33,938 bases of DNA from Octopus sinensis (lineage: Eukaryota), in NCBI RefSeq assembly GCF_006345805.1, contig NW_021831937.1:1-33938 (forward strand), given 5' to 3'. Positions 1 to 13,384 of this stretch are shown here, one piece after another. A program made the translations under genes and the position numbers. Each line of letters begins with the position of its first letter. Position 1 is the stretch's first letter. Under the pieces are notes generated by a model that made no database searches, was not told where the DNA came from, and worked only from the letters and a program-made list of their open reading frames with translations.

Positions 1-354
1 AAAAAGTAAAAAAAAAACAACAAGAAAACATGTTCAGTTAGTCACAATTGAATAAAACAAACATGAATATTCATATATTGTTGTGCTAATCATAATTATA
101 TCTAACTGTGAATTACCCTTCACACGCTTTAATAACGGAGGGGGGGGGCGGGGGAAGAAAAAAAAGAAGAATTATGAAGAAAGAAGGAAAGGAAACAAAA
201 TGGATGTTCTTTGTTATAGAAGGACACTCCGTTATTTACACTTACGCTTTTTGAAAAAATATAAAGGCTAATTTTTTTTTTATATTAAAATTTTTTGTTT
301 TGTTTTTTTTTGTATTAAACTAATTAAGCAAAGGAATGCAATACACATGTATGC

Positions 355-720
<366 letters not shown>

Positions 721-2299
721 TGCCAGAGAGTATGTATAAAGAGATTCATAAATATATGTATGCATACACACATGCAGGTAGATAAAGAGGGAGAAAGGAA
801 AAAAAAAAACAAAACGAAAATGAGATTTTGTATTATGAATGTATGCGTTTGCATAATTTGACGATATAGCAAGCTTACGAAGGCGGCTTATGCAACAGTT
901 TCGTATTCTTTGTTAAAATTCGTTACCGAAATTAACGACAACATCAACGCTATTGTGATTCAAAGTAAACACTTGTTTTAGCATAAGAATACGATGATAG
1001 TGCCACGAAAACTTCAACTGCATGAGACACGCTCACAGAAACGCAACTGAGAAACGCACACAAATATATACATACTCAGATTCACATAAAACGAAGGCAG
1101 AAATTTAGGAAACAAAAGAATTAGCATTCAATAAATACCTTAATATGTATTTCGTTTTTCTTTTCATCAGAGAAAATCTTAGTATGAAATTATCCCATCT
1201 TATTACCCACTCCCTAGCCAGATTGTCTCATATTAATTTGCATATTTTCACTGCTATTTATGTATTTCTTCTTAAAGATTATCTTTATTTTTATATTGTA
1301 TATTGTGTTATAAAAATGCGTTTTTTTTTTTTTGTCTTTTCAAATAATTTTGCTTGGTTCACAAAAATGCTGTTTTGCATGTTCACTCATTCAATTGCTG
1401 TGTTATGTATTGTTATTACTAAATATCTCTTTCGCCTTCAATATTTTATTTCTGTTTTTTTTTCTTCTCTATAGTTTGTTGTCATTGTTTTTTGCTTGGG
1501 TTTGTTTTGTGTTCCCAGATGATTTATATATGATGGACAACAACAACAACGGTAACAATAACAACAGCAACAAACGACAACAAATGAGAGAGATCGATAT
1601 ACAACCACATTACAAAACAAAATACAAAGTACAACAAAATAGCCCTTATTAACCTGCAGAAAATTTAATAAACTAAGCAACACTAGAAAATAAGATAAAA
1701 CGAAAAAAAATTCTGGAAATAAATTAAATTAAAGTAAATATACATGAGGTAAATGAGAAAAAAAAACAACAAAAAACTCCAAAGAAACAAAGAACACTAT
1801 ATTTTTTCGTGCAAACCCAAAGAGAGCGAGGAATTAAGAAGGAAATATATTAGTGAAATATATTGAGAAAATGGAATATTTTTCAAAGAAAATTATATAA
1901 AAATTTCAAGGAAAAATTATATATTTAAAATCAGATGAATTATAATATATTTTATTATTATGTTTATTTTATGTACTAAGTTATAATTTATTAATCATAT
2001 ATTTGTTATTTATTTATAGATTTTGTTCGCTATTGTTTCTTGATAAAATTAATTTCTGTTTAAAATATAACGTGCAAAATTTTACATTAGAAAAATACGT
2101 TTTTTTTTTTTGGCATGGTATGATATATATATTTTTTTTTTGTTCCTGCATTTCATATTTAAGAATAAATTAAAACAGAAAAAAAGTGAAACAAAATATA
2201 ACTGTTACTTATAAGAAGTAGAAGGCTAAAAAGAAACTGAATACTATTAATATCATAGAATGTTAATCATTTTAATATTAATGATAACCTGAAATAAAA

Positions 2300-2475
2300 A
2301 TAATAATAATTGTAATAATAATAATAATAACAAAAACAATGATCATGATGTTCATGTTTATGATGTTGACGATATCGATGTTGTTGATGATGATGATGAC
2401 CGTGATGATGCTGATGATGCTAATGGTAATGATGATGATAGTGACAAGAAGAACAAGAAAAACAGCAGCAACGAC

Positions 2476-2544
<69 letters not shown>

Positions 2545-2796
2545 CGATATTATTATAATAAAAATAGTAATAATCGCAATAAAAATGACATATAGGTGAA
2601 AGGAAATGATGCTAATAATGACAAGATAACAAAAATTAGAAAAAATATTAAAAATGAAAAATAAAATTAAAGAATAATGACTATAATGATGATGTTGATG
2701 ATGATGATAATGATGATGGTGATGTTGGTGATGATGGTGATGTTGATGATGATCATGATGATGGTGATGGTGGTGATGATGATGATGAAGATGATG

Positions 2797-2831
<35 letters not shown>

Positions 2832-2835
2832 AGTA
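2300..2835. repeat. Compound trinucleotide repeats (AAT)n and (GAT)n
   Basis: (AAT)n at about 2477-2545 and imperfect (GAT)n at 2340-2440 and 2685-2830. Confidence 0.95.
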
Positions 2836-3887
2836 TGCTGATGTTGAAAGAAATAGTCGAATTCGTCTCACATTTGATAACAGCTGTTCGATATAACTCC
2901 ACAAGTCAGCAATACTCGGACCCTGCCGGAGGGCATGCAGAAAGATTACGTCCCACCTGACAGCGCTTCCGTGCCTGCAGAATTTATCTCGAACTGTCAA
3001 TGCTATTCAGTAGTACTATCAGGCTAAGGATTTCTGGAAAGTATCTAAGGCGGTAATGAGCCCGAAACTCCTACGAAATGGACGAACTAGTTCATCTTCG
3101 TCGACGTCTAGAGTTACCCCAAAAATGTCTAACCAACCACTAAATTTCTATATATTACTACCATAAAACTTCAAATTACTGTATTACCAAACTGGTAGAG
3201 AGCAGTGAGCCCCTGGCGATTCTAAAGGTTCCACGGGCTTAATCTTGGTCTTTTCCTGACACATGACTGCAGCTCCGTTAAAGATAAGTGCTGCAGAAAA
3301 GCGTGTCATACAATTGCAGAATACACCGGCTCACAGTCCAGGAAAATCTGTAACCGGTATAACCGCAGCGCATTCCTATTGTATTAGCAAACATTGCGTA
3401 CTAAGACCGTCATCAGGTGAACCAGTGGAACACACCCTTTCCACAGGAACCAGAAAAGTAAACGCTCCAGCTCGGCAACTGCAGAGGCAAAACTATGCTA
3501 ATGAAAGCATTGTAGGTCGACGGGTAGACAAACCAATGAAATTGCTCACTGTTTGGTTTTTCCCGGATCTTGAAATGTACAAGCACGAGTGTGAAATTAC
3601 AAACAAGGTGGACAGTCTTTCTCAGAAATTGACAGAGAAGAAATTACCCCTGAAAGGTAGAACAGAGGTGGCAAATACTTCTTTAATTAGTTACTGCTTG
3701 ACGTTGTATCTTACCACAGTTCACACTTGTGTGACCTGGAGTGTTTTTGTTTCAGAGAGAGAAATTAAGTTGAAAATACATAGAGAATATACTAGAATTA
3801 ATTAAAATTTAATTATGTTTTTAAATGCTTGTATTTACCTTAGCTCCTGCCATCGGCTCGTATTTAAAAAAAAATAGAATCGACTAC

Positions 3888-4114
3888 CTGAACTTCCGTG
3901 GTGTATGACACCATAACTGTGAAGTCTTCTGCATATGTCGACCCAGATCTTCTGCATATTTCAACACAGCTCTTGCGCATATGTCGACACAGCACTTCCG
4001 CATATATCGACGCAGCTCTTCTGCATATATCGAATCAACACTACTCTTCCGCATATTTCGACGCAATTCCTCCGCATCCCAGTTCGAAGGGATGCCTTTT
4101 GGGAGTTCTAACTT
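3888..4114 (-). other. Candidate spliced exon (227 nt) of an unidentified, probably non-coding, minus-strand transcript
   Basis: On the minus strand a long polypyrimidine tract (tgttctttctcatcctttctttatgctcttcgctagattctttactgcag) precedes 4114 and CAG|GTAGTC follows 3888. A second acceptor (ctacctttcag) at 3650-3651 would close a 238-nt intron. No transcript evidence is available. Confidence 0.4.
3925..4080. repeat. 23-bp minisatellite, about 6.5 units, consensus TCTTCYGCATATNTCGACRCAGC
   Basis: Units start at 3925, 3948, 3971, 3994, 4017 (28 nt), 4045 and 4068 (partial). Confidence 0.9.
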
Positions 4115-4712
4115 CTGCAGTAAAGAATCTAGCGAAGAGCATAAAGAAAGGATGAGAAAGAACACCTCTGACGCATCAAACGGGAGATATAAATCGGTGC
4201 TGATAGGTGATCGTTTACTTTAGCCACTTTGCTAGCGCCAGAGTGCATTGCTGCGATCCAGCCCTTAATAATATTGCGAAAATATCATGCGTTTGAAGAC
4301 CCTTAGCAGAAACCCTCGTATTTAGAATTTCCAGTACATAGCAAAAAGAGTAAGGCTCAGGAACGAAGGTAATGAACACACACACACACACACACACACA
4401 ACACACACACACACACACATACACATACACACACATACACATACACACACACACACACATACACAGGCACACACATTACGATCAGCAGGAAAGAACTCGC
4501 AAAAGATGACTTATCACAATTAATGCATCACAACGACCATTATAAAATTATGATCATAATCATAATCATAGTAGTAATAGTAGTAGTGGTGGTCGTGGTG
4601 GTGATGGTGGTGGGGTGGCGGTGGTGGTTGTGGTGGTGCAACAATATAAGCAACAACATCAATCTGAGTAAGACTTGAAAAAAAATTAAACAAAACAACA
4701 AGCGAAAATAAA

Positions 4713-5042
4713 GGAACACTCCGTCGGTTACGATGACGAGGGTCTCAGCTGATCCGATCAACGGAACAGCTTGCTCGTAAAATCAACGTGCAAGTGGCTG
4801 AGCACTCCACAGACACGTGCACCCTTAACGTAGTTCTTAGAGAGATTCAGCCTGACATAGAATGTGATAAGCAAGCCTGGCCCCTTTGAAATACAGGTAC
4901 TACTTATTTGTGCCAGATGAGTGGACTGGAGCAACGTGAAATAAAGTGGCTTGCTCAAGGACAAAACGCGTCGCCGGGAATTAAACTAACGACCTTACAA
5001 TCGTGAGTCGAATGCCCTAACCACTAAGCTACGTGCCTTCAC
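4713..5042 (-). mobile_element. tRNA-derived SINE (SINE-III), near full length
   Basis: Minus-strand Pol III A box TAGCTTAGTGG (5021-5031), degenerate B box AGTTTAATTCC (4977-4987), central gtccttgagcaagccactt motif. The 3' module (4713-4900) is shared with the element at 9490. Confidence 0.88.
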
Positions 5043-5454
5043 GGAACAAATATAAAACAGCAATCTAAACAAAAATAGTAACATCAACAACTATTAAATA
5101 AAAATGAAAAGTCGAAATAACATAAACACCACCAACAAGAGTAACTGGCAAGAATCAAGACAAATGCGTAATTTTTCTATAAGAAAATGACATAAATATG
5201 TAAATTTAATATATGCCATGAATGAAAGACAAATTAGAATTATGTTTCTGTGAATAAATGGCGAAGAAATGTAGAGAAATTTTATTAAAAACAAAAAAAT
5301 GGATGAACAAAAAAAAATGGCAGAAAGATCGTAGGTGAAACAATACAATAGACGAGAACTTGTTTTTTTTTTTTGTTTAAATTTTCGTTGAAATGAGATA
5401 AAGCTAAAATAAGTAAATGAGGAAGCGGGGAGAAAAAAAATATAATTCAGTAGA

Positions 5455-5652
5455 TGATAATATTGATGAGGAAGAAGAAGAAGAAGTAAAAGAAGAAGCG
5501 GGAGAAGATGATGATGATGATGATGATGACGATGATGATGATGAGGATGATGATGATGATGATGACGACAACGATGATGATGATGATGACGACGAGGATG
5601 ATGATGACGATGGTGATGATGATGATGATGATGAATGTGATGACGATGATTC
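5455..5652. repeat. (GAA)/(GAT)/(GAC) trinucleotide repeat
   Basis: Direct reading; produces the poly-D/E ORF 5417-5725. Confidence 0.93.
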
Positions 5653-6245
5653 TGTTGATAAGTTGGTAATGAGGGGGCATTTTTTTCTTCGAGTGTATAC
5701 GAAAATGATTAATCATGCAAAATAGCATGATTATGGCGTTCTTCTCATTTTATATTTTAAATCAGTAGGTTTCTTATGCAAAAATTATTTAGTTTTTATA
5801 CTTATACAAACACACACAAACATACTTACATACATATTTACATACATACATGTATATGTCTGTGTGTGTGTTTAAACACACATATATTTATATATGTGTA
5901 TAAACACAGACACATACAATTATACGTATATACATTTGTACATATATTCATGTTTATGCTTATATATTTATGAAGCAAACATAGGACATATATACACTTA
6001 TATAAATATCTATATACGTATATGCATTATATATATATATATATAATATATATATATATATTTATATACACACCCACACACATATATATATATAACATAT
6101 ATGTATATATATATATTATATATATATATATAATTATACACACATATATATATGTGTGTATATTTATATATATGTGTGTGTGTGTGTGTGCGCGTGTGTG
6201 TGTTGTGTGTTTACATGTGTGTGTGGGGTGAGTGTGCAGATAATG

Positions 6246-6285
<40 letters not shown>

Positions 6286-7119
6286 AACAAAAACACAAAC
6301 TCTCGTTGATTGCTTAATCTATGAAACATTAAGAGACGATGACAGCAATGGAAAGTCTCTGACGATGACGACGAAGGAAACGATGACGACAATGACGAAT
6401 ACAGATGCAACGGTGATGACATCATCAACAATGCCACGAACAACATAAAGTTTTGCAACAACGGTCGTGCCTTTTGATAATTAGCTATAAAACGATGAAC
6501 GATTCGCCAACGATTTGTCACGTCGTGGCTTCACATTAAAGTTACAAATTTTCAGCTACGAAACTGCTTGGACTATAAACTGGATATATTTCTTAGAATT
6601 TCATGCTACATTTAATGAGCGGCCTAATTAAGATATGCAAAAATGTCGAATATAGAATATCGGGTGCGGTGGGATATTGATGAAAGAACTTAATCGATTT
6701 TCTAAATTTGAATGGTATTTCATTAAAAAAACAAAACAACGCGATAGAAAGGTATCTTAAGATTTTCTAAATTGAATTTAAGTTTAAAGGAAAATTAATA
6801 GAGAAATTGCTTTGCAGCATGGGTGATATTATTAACGACTAGAATAAAAATACAACGGCAACAATGATAAATAACAACATGAACATCAAGCTAACAGCAA
6901 CAGCATTGACGATAACGAAGCGAAACAATAGGTACGGCATTAAATAAACATAACCCTCGAGAAACAAAATCGCCACTAACGCCATCGAGGGATGATTTTG
7001 AAATCTGTTTGCATGTTTAACGTTTAGTTTACACGCTGGCAAACACACTCCTCCCTTATACATATAGGAGCACTGAAACAAAAACACACAAATGTATATA
7101 TGTATGTGTTTATGCTTTT

Positions 7120-7181
7120 ATTTTATGTTTTATGTTTTCCAGTTTCAGCTCTTGAGCTGTGGCCATGCTGTGGCACCGCCA
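7120..7181 (-). mobile_element. About 60-nt retroposed 3' tail fragment (LINE/SINE-type tail)
   Basis: Near-identical to 13385-13450 and homologous to the SINE-I 3' end (GGCGGTGC..CAGCATGGCC.CAG), followed on the minus strand by an A-rich short-repeat tail. Confidence 0.75.
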
Positions 7182-7222
7182 TTTAATGTATGTATGTATG
7201 TGTTTATGTATGTATGTATGTA

Positions 7223-7253
<31 letters not shown>

Positions 7254-7261
7254 ATGTATAC

Positions 7262-8515
7262 TCTTACTCGCTTTTTACTCTTTTATTTGTTTCAGTCATT
7301 TGACTGCGGACATTCTGGAGTACCGCCTTTAGTCGAGCAAATCGACCCCGGGACTTATTCTTTGTAAGCCTAGTACTTATTCTATAGATCGCTTTCTGCC
7401 GAACTGCTAAGTGATGGGGACGTAAACACATCAGTGGGAAGGCAAACAGGTAAAAATAACAAATACATACACACACACATATATACATACATTCATATAT
7501 ATATACGACATGCTACTTTCAGTTACCGTCTACCAAATCCACTCACAAGGCTTTGGTCGAATAAGCTTAGTACTTATTCTATCGGTCTTTTTTGCCGAAT
7601 CGTTAAGTTACGGAGACGTAAACACACCAGCATCGGTTGTCAAGCGATGTTGGGGGGAAAACACAGACACAGAATCACACACTCACATATATATATATAT
7701 ACATATACATATATACGACAGGCTTCTTTCAGTTTCCGTCTACCAAATCCACTCACAAGCCTTTGGTCGGCCTGATGCTATAGTAGAAGACACTTGCCGA
7801 AGGTGTCACGCAGTGGGACTCAATCCGGAACCATGTGATTGGTAAGCAAGCCACTTACCTTTAGTCGAGCAAATCGAGCCCGGGACTTATTCTTTGTAAG
7901 CCTAGTACTTATTCTATCGGCTTCTTTTGCCGAACAGCTACGTTATGGGGACGTAAACACGACGGCATCGGTTGTCAAGCGATGTTGGGACGACAAACAC
8001 AGACACAGAAACATACACACACACACACACATATATACGACAGGCTTCTTTCAGTTTCCGTCTACCAATCCACTCACAAGCCTTGGTCGGCCTGATGCTA
8101 TAGTAGAAGACACTTGCCGAAGGTGTCACGCAGTGGGACTCAATCCGGAACCATGTGATTGGTAAGCAAGCCACTTACCTTTAGTCGAGCAAATCGAGCC
8201 CGGGACTTATTCTTTGTAAGCCTAGTACTTATTCTATCGGCTTCTTTTGCCGAACAGCTACGTTATGGGGACGTAAACACGACGGCATCGGTTGTCAAGC
8301 GATGTTGGGACGACAAACACAGACACAGAAACATACACACACACACACACATATATACGACAGGCTTCTTTCAGTTTCCGTCTACCAAATCCACTCACAG
8401 GGCTTTGGTCGGTCCGAGGCTATAGTACAAGATACTTACCCAAGGTGCCACGCAGTGGGACTGAACACGGGACCATGTGGTTGGTAAGCAAGCTACCGAC
8501 CACACAACCACTCCT
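7262..8515 (-). mobile_element. Head-to-tail array of four SINE-I bodies with one head and one tail
   Basis: Bodies at about 7262-7560, 7561-7858, 7859-8178 and 8179-8515. The A-box-bearing 5' end (tggttgtgtgg) occurs only at about 8500-8515 and the 3' tail only at 7262-7330. The central motif ccttgggtaagtatctt is CORE-like. Confidence 0.92.
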
Positions 8516-9489
8516 GCGTATGTATGTAGATTTCTCGAGAGTTTAGAAGGCTCCCATTATCTTTTGTCGTGCTTTGAGGAAGGATTCTCTTCTTACAGAA
8601 AGATTCTCTGACATAGAATTTGTAAATATAATAGTACAAGTTATGTTGCAATGCTTGTCACTAGAACCTAATATGTCAACCGGGAGAGAGAAAGAGAAGA
8701 AAGTGTTGAACAGGCTATTGTCACTTAAATACACTGACCTACATATGTCTCACTATCATTTTAGCTCTTGATCTGTCTAGTATTTTATAAAGTACTACGG
8801 AGATCGCTAACGGCACACATGCAAGTAAACCAGAATAAAGAAGCTGGATGCGAGGTTTCTATGGCTATGATAATTTAATGGCTGGATGGTTATTATTTAT
8901 ACGATTCACAAATTGTAACAGAACGGTGTATCAAGTGCAAGGAAAATGTTAAATTTGTGGTTATTGTAAAAGCACACATCAGCCTCCGGAATCTTAAGAA
9001 AAATGACATTTGAAAACGTCCTGTATAAATGAGGTTTCCATAAAAAGTACAGTATAGCATATATGAATCAGAACTAAACAGCAACCGATCCAACTTTGTT
9101 TCAGATTTGACTAAAATGTCATCAAAGATCGCAGAACTGTTGGCTGTCCACAGGGACAGAGAAAGTAAGCTGTAATTTATAGTTAGTTATAGAGTATATT
9201 CAATGCGAAAAGTAAGTACAATGGCTTCCCCACTGTTTAATGCGATCTAAGTTTGTGAATAATGAAACAGAATTCTGTTAATATTGTATATTATAAATAA
9301 CGGCAGTTGATGTGTTAACTTATCTTTGAAATTGGTTTAATAGAAATGGAAATTGACAGATTGATAACTTTTCCTGTCGATAGTTATGTAACCACGTTTC
9401 TGATAATCCAACCACGCTCAAATAGATACATACATGCATACATATATATGAATATATATATATATATGTATGTATGTATGTATTACTAA

Positions 9490-9869
9490 GGCACTCCGTC
9501 GGTTACGACGACAAGGGTCCCAGTGGCTCCAATCAACGGAACAGCCAGCTCGTGAAATTAACTTATTAGTGGTTGAGCACTCCACACACACGTGTACCCT
9601 TAACGTAGTCCTCGCGGAGATTCAGCGCGACACACAATGTGACAAGGCTGGCCATTTAAAATACAGGTACAACAGAAACAGGAAGAAAGAATGAGAGAAG
9701 GATGTGGTGAAAGGGTACAGCAGGGTTCGCCACCACCCTGTAACGGAGCCTCGTGGAGCTTTAGGTGCTTTCGCTCAATAAACAGTCAGAATGACAGGTC
9801 TGGGAATCGAAACCACGAACTTATGACCGCGAGTCCGCTGCCCTAACCACTGCGTCATCGCGCCTCCAC
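9490..9869 (-). mobile_element. tRNA-derived SINE, mosaic of SINE-IV head and SINE-III tail
   Basis: A box TGACGCAGTGG (9847-9857), B box GTTTCGATTCC (9803-9813). 9490-9670 aligns with 4713-4900, and 9672-9869 aligns with 32653-32845. Confidence 0.9.
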
Positions 9870-10649
9870 ACATATGTATATACATACATATACAAACACA
9901 AATACGCACACACAGTGTGTTGCAAACTAACACGATTCGGCTTACCACGTGAAAATATACATGCATACACGCATGTAAAAATATATAAAGGGATGTATAC
10001 ATATAGATACTTCATATAATACTAAACTTCGTCTTCATAAATTGTTTTCAAAGGAATCACTCGCGATCCTCCATCACCCCATTACACAACATGTTTTCTG
10101 ATTTTATATTTTCATGTAAACAGAAATTGTATTTCTCGTTTGCCCCTTACGTAAAGTCTCTGTAATTTCTCCTAATTACGACTCTCCACAAATTATCACT
10201 AAGCTATGATAGCAACATATCCCTTCTCTATATTTGAATTTATCTATTTCTATCTCTCTCTAACTATTCCCTTTATACCTTTCACCATATCAGAGCATGG
10301 TATGTATGTGATATGTGGGCGTACCCATAAACATATATTTATCCATAGCCAAAATTTCAAAGTATATTCTAATCTTTTACTTGCAAGATAGAATACTAAA
10401 ATGTATTCAATGATATGGATACAGGCATGTAAATAGATAAACGAATAAATAAATCAATCAATGCAGACATAAAACCACAACACACACACACAAACACACA
10501 AGCACACAAACACACACACATATATATATATATTTATATATATATACACCACATTAAATGTGAAATGAGGGCGAGCAATTGTACTCGAATACCGGAGATA
10601 GAGTTATATGCTACAAAAACATCACAAAAGCATCTGCTACTCAGAGTTT

Positions 10650-10656
10650 TACATAG

Positions 10657-10736
<80 letters not shown>

Positions 10737-10768
10737 ACATATATATATATAATATATATATATATATT

Positions 10769-10812
<44 letters not shown>

Positions 10813-11077
10813 CACACATACATAAACTTTTGCACGAGAGATTCATAGCTATATAACAATGCGGAATCGCATATTTTTTTGGGCTTCGTAGGCTCATGAG
10901 ACCGTCTCTCAGGTTCCGTGGCGACAGATTTCGAATTTTTGATCGCTGATTGAAATGGAGCAGCGCATATTGAAGTGTTTTACTCAAGAACATAACCCAT
11001 CGATCACACAAGGTATCAAAACCACAAATTTACGATGATGTGTTGAATAGACTAACTATAAATCACGGTGCTCCACG

Positions 11078-11156
<79 letters not shown>

Positions 11157-11311
11157 GTCTGTCTGTCTGTCTGTCTATCTATTTATCTATATCTATCTAT
11201 CTATAAATATATCTATCTAATTATCGAAGTATAATCGCATATAATATATACATATATATACAGGCATATACACATGCATGTATATATCCCTACATGCATA
11301 CATACATACAA

Positions 11312-11355
<44 letters not shown>

Positions 11356-11413
11356 TATATACGTATATATATATATATGTATCCATATATATATATATAT
11401 ATATATATATACG

Positions 11414-11467
<54 letters not shown>

Positions 11468-11571
11468 CATATATATACATATATATACATATATATATGC
11501 ATACATACATGCATATATATACATACACACCCTGAGACACTCACGTATACATACATGCATCCGTGCATACA

Positions 11572-11617
<46 letters not shown>

Positions 11618-11620
11618 ACA
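10650..11620. repeat. Microsatellite cluster: (TA)n, (GA)n, (TATC)n, (CA)n
   Basis: (TA)n about 10665-10727, (GA)n 10771-10810, (TATC)n about 11078-11160, degenerate (TA)n to 11520, (CA)n 11575-11615. Confidence 0.93.
10975..11075 (-). mobile_element. Degenerate SINE-III-like tRNA head
   Basis: agtgttttactcaagaacataac...aaaaccacaaatttacgat...taactataaatcacggtgctcc resembles 4945-5040 (gtggcttgctcaaggacaaaac...taaccactaagctacgtgccttc). Confidence 0.55.
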
Positions 11621-12489
11621 AGCACACGCATATACGTAGACACTTAATACATAAATTCAAACACAGAGCCTCATACGCGTGCATTGGGTAAGGAATGGAG
11701 GTGACTACTGGTGTCGGAGAAAGAAGAGGGTCCTTCTTAGTTTTAATGACTAAATAATCAATATTTATCTTGCAGGCAAGCACAGAGATTTTGCATCGTC
11801 TATTGTTTGAGCTGCGGTATTGTTTCATTAGTGCAGTTTCAGCTAATTGGTTTGTTGGCCGCTCTATAGTCAATGCGGTTTAAAATCCCGGAAAATCCTA
11901 CACTGCTTCTACTAATTCAACCTGACATACACACTTTTTCTTTATGACTCCTACTCCGACTGCGTCTATACTTATTTCTACTTTCACTACCGTTTATAAC
12001 CAGCCGAAAGTCCAGTGGAATATAGTTTCTTTTTTTTTATTTTTAATATAATTATAAATATGATACCAGGTGCGTATTCTCAACTTCTGGTTCAAAATGT
12101 TGGTAAGGGAAGACTCAATGATCTAATTAGGAATACTCTGATACCTATTTGCCAGCAGTTTATATTGCTTATGGATAAATCTATAATGACAATCTTACTC
12201 GGTGTATCCGACACTAGATAGATACAGAGATATTTGGTTGATGTCTTCATAGCGGTGTGTGATAGCCAGCTGCAGAGAAGAGAAGGAAGGAGAATACATA
12301 AGGAAATACTAAGATAGTTAGATATAGAAATATATAGACAGTAATATTTAGAGAGAGGAAGAGAGGAAGAGAGAGGGAAGAGGGGAAGATGGGAGAGAGA
12401 GGAAGATGGGAGAGAGTGGAGAATCGGAGCGAATGAGAGACGGAGAGAGAGAAAGGATATTACCGACAGTCAGGTAGACAGACATATGG

Positions 12490-12726
12490 ATAGAAATATA
12501 CGAGATAGATAGCTAGAGATCTAGCTACATAGATAGATAAATAGATAGATAGATAGATAAATACATAGATAGATAAATATATATATGTTTATATATATAG
12601 GTAGATAGATAGATTGATAAATAGAGAGATAGATAAATACATAGATAGATAGCTAAATACATAGACAGATAAATAGATACATAGACAGATAGATAGACAG
12701 ACTGATAGATAGATAAATGCATAGAC

Positions 12727-12793
<67 letters not shown>

Positions 12794-12830
12794 CAAAAAG
12801 AAAGAAAGAAAGACAGAAAGAAAGGAAGAA
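12490..12830. repeat. (GATA)n microsatellite followed by (GAAA)n
   Basis: Direct reading; the purest tract is about 12725-12792. Confidence 0.95.
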
Positions 12831-13384
12831 AGAACGTAGGTTAAAAATGTAAACAGAAAAAAAAACTTCAATGGTGAGAGGAAAATTTCAAAGATATAGA
12901 GAAAGAAAAACAGATAGGTAGAAAGTTATATACAATGAGAAAAAAAAAAGAACTAAAAAAAGAAGGAATAAAGAAAAAAAGAAACAAAGCTACTTATAAA
13001 TAAATGGAATATTCTGATATTAAGGGTTAGATCTGGCTAAATATATGGGGAAAGTCAATGAAGAACAAACGTAATAGAAAGACAATAGAAAGAGAATTAG
13101 GAAAGAAAATGAAAGATAAACGAAGATTAGTGAACAGTATGAGGAAGATGCAAAATGACTGAGTGACCGAAAGACTCTATGTCAAATATGACAAGAGAGA
13201 TAACGAGCTAGTAGACTGGATATGCAGATATATAGGGAGACAGGGTAATACAAAGATTTCATGATAAATATTTGTTGGACTTACTGAATTTTGGTAACAT
13301 AGATGATGCTTTTGGTAAGTTAAACTGACGCCAATGCAGTTTCGTAGCACCTCTCCTTGAAAAATGCATTTTTTTGAAAATTGT

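Noticed and set aside
1150-1172. Minus-strand CTGATGA...GAAA as a hammerhead
   Set aside because: The intervening aaagaaaaac cannot form stem II.
3925-4080. CRISPR array
   Set aside because: Units are contiguous with no unique spacers, the context is eukaryotic and there are no cas genes.
4977-5042. tRNA genes at the SINE heads (also 9803-9869, 15520-15610, 32779-32845)
   Set aside because: A and B boxes are present, but no full cloverleaf is evident and each continues into a repeat body; these are SINE heads.
5417-5725. Acidic poly-D/E ORF resembling a nucleolin- or prothymosin-like tract
   Set aside because: Coincides with a GAT/GAA repeat like the other trinucleotide tracts in the window; no recognisable domain or convincing splice context.
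6358-6385. CTGACGA...GAAAC as a hammerhead
   Set aside because: Part of a GAC/GAT repeat; no stem II.
6610-6645. Cluster of TAAT homeodomain sites and an octamer-like ATGCAAAA
   Set aside because: Expected by chance in AT-rich DNA; cannot be supported without conservation or chromatin data.
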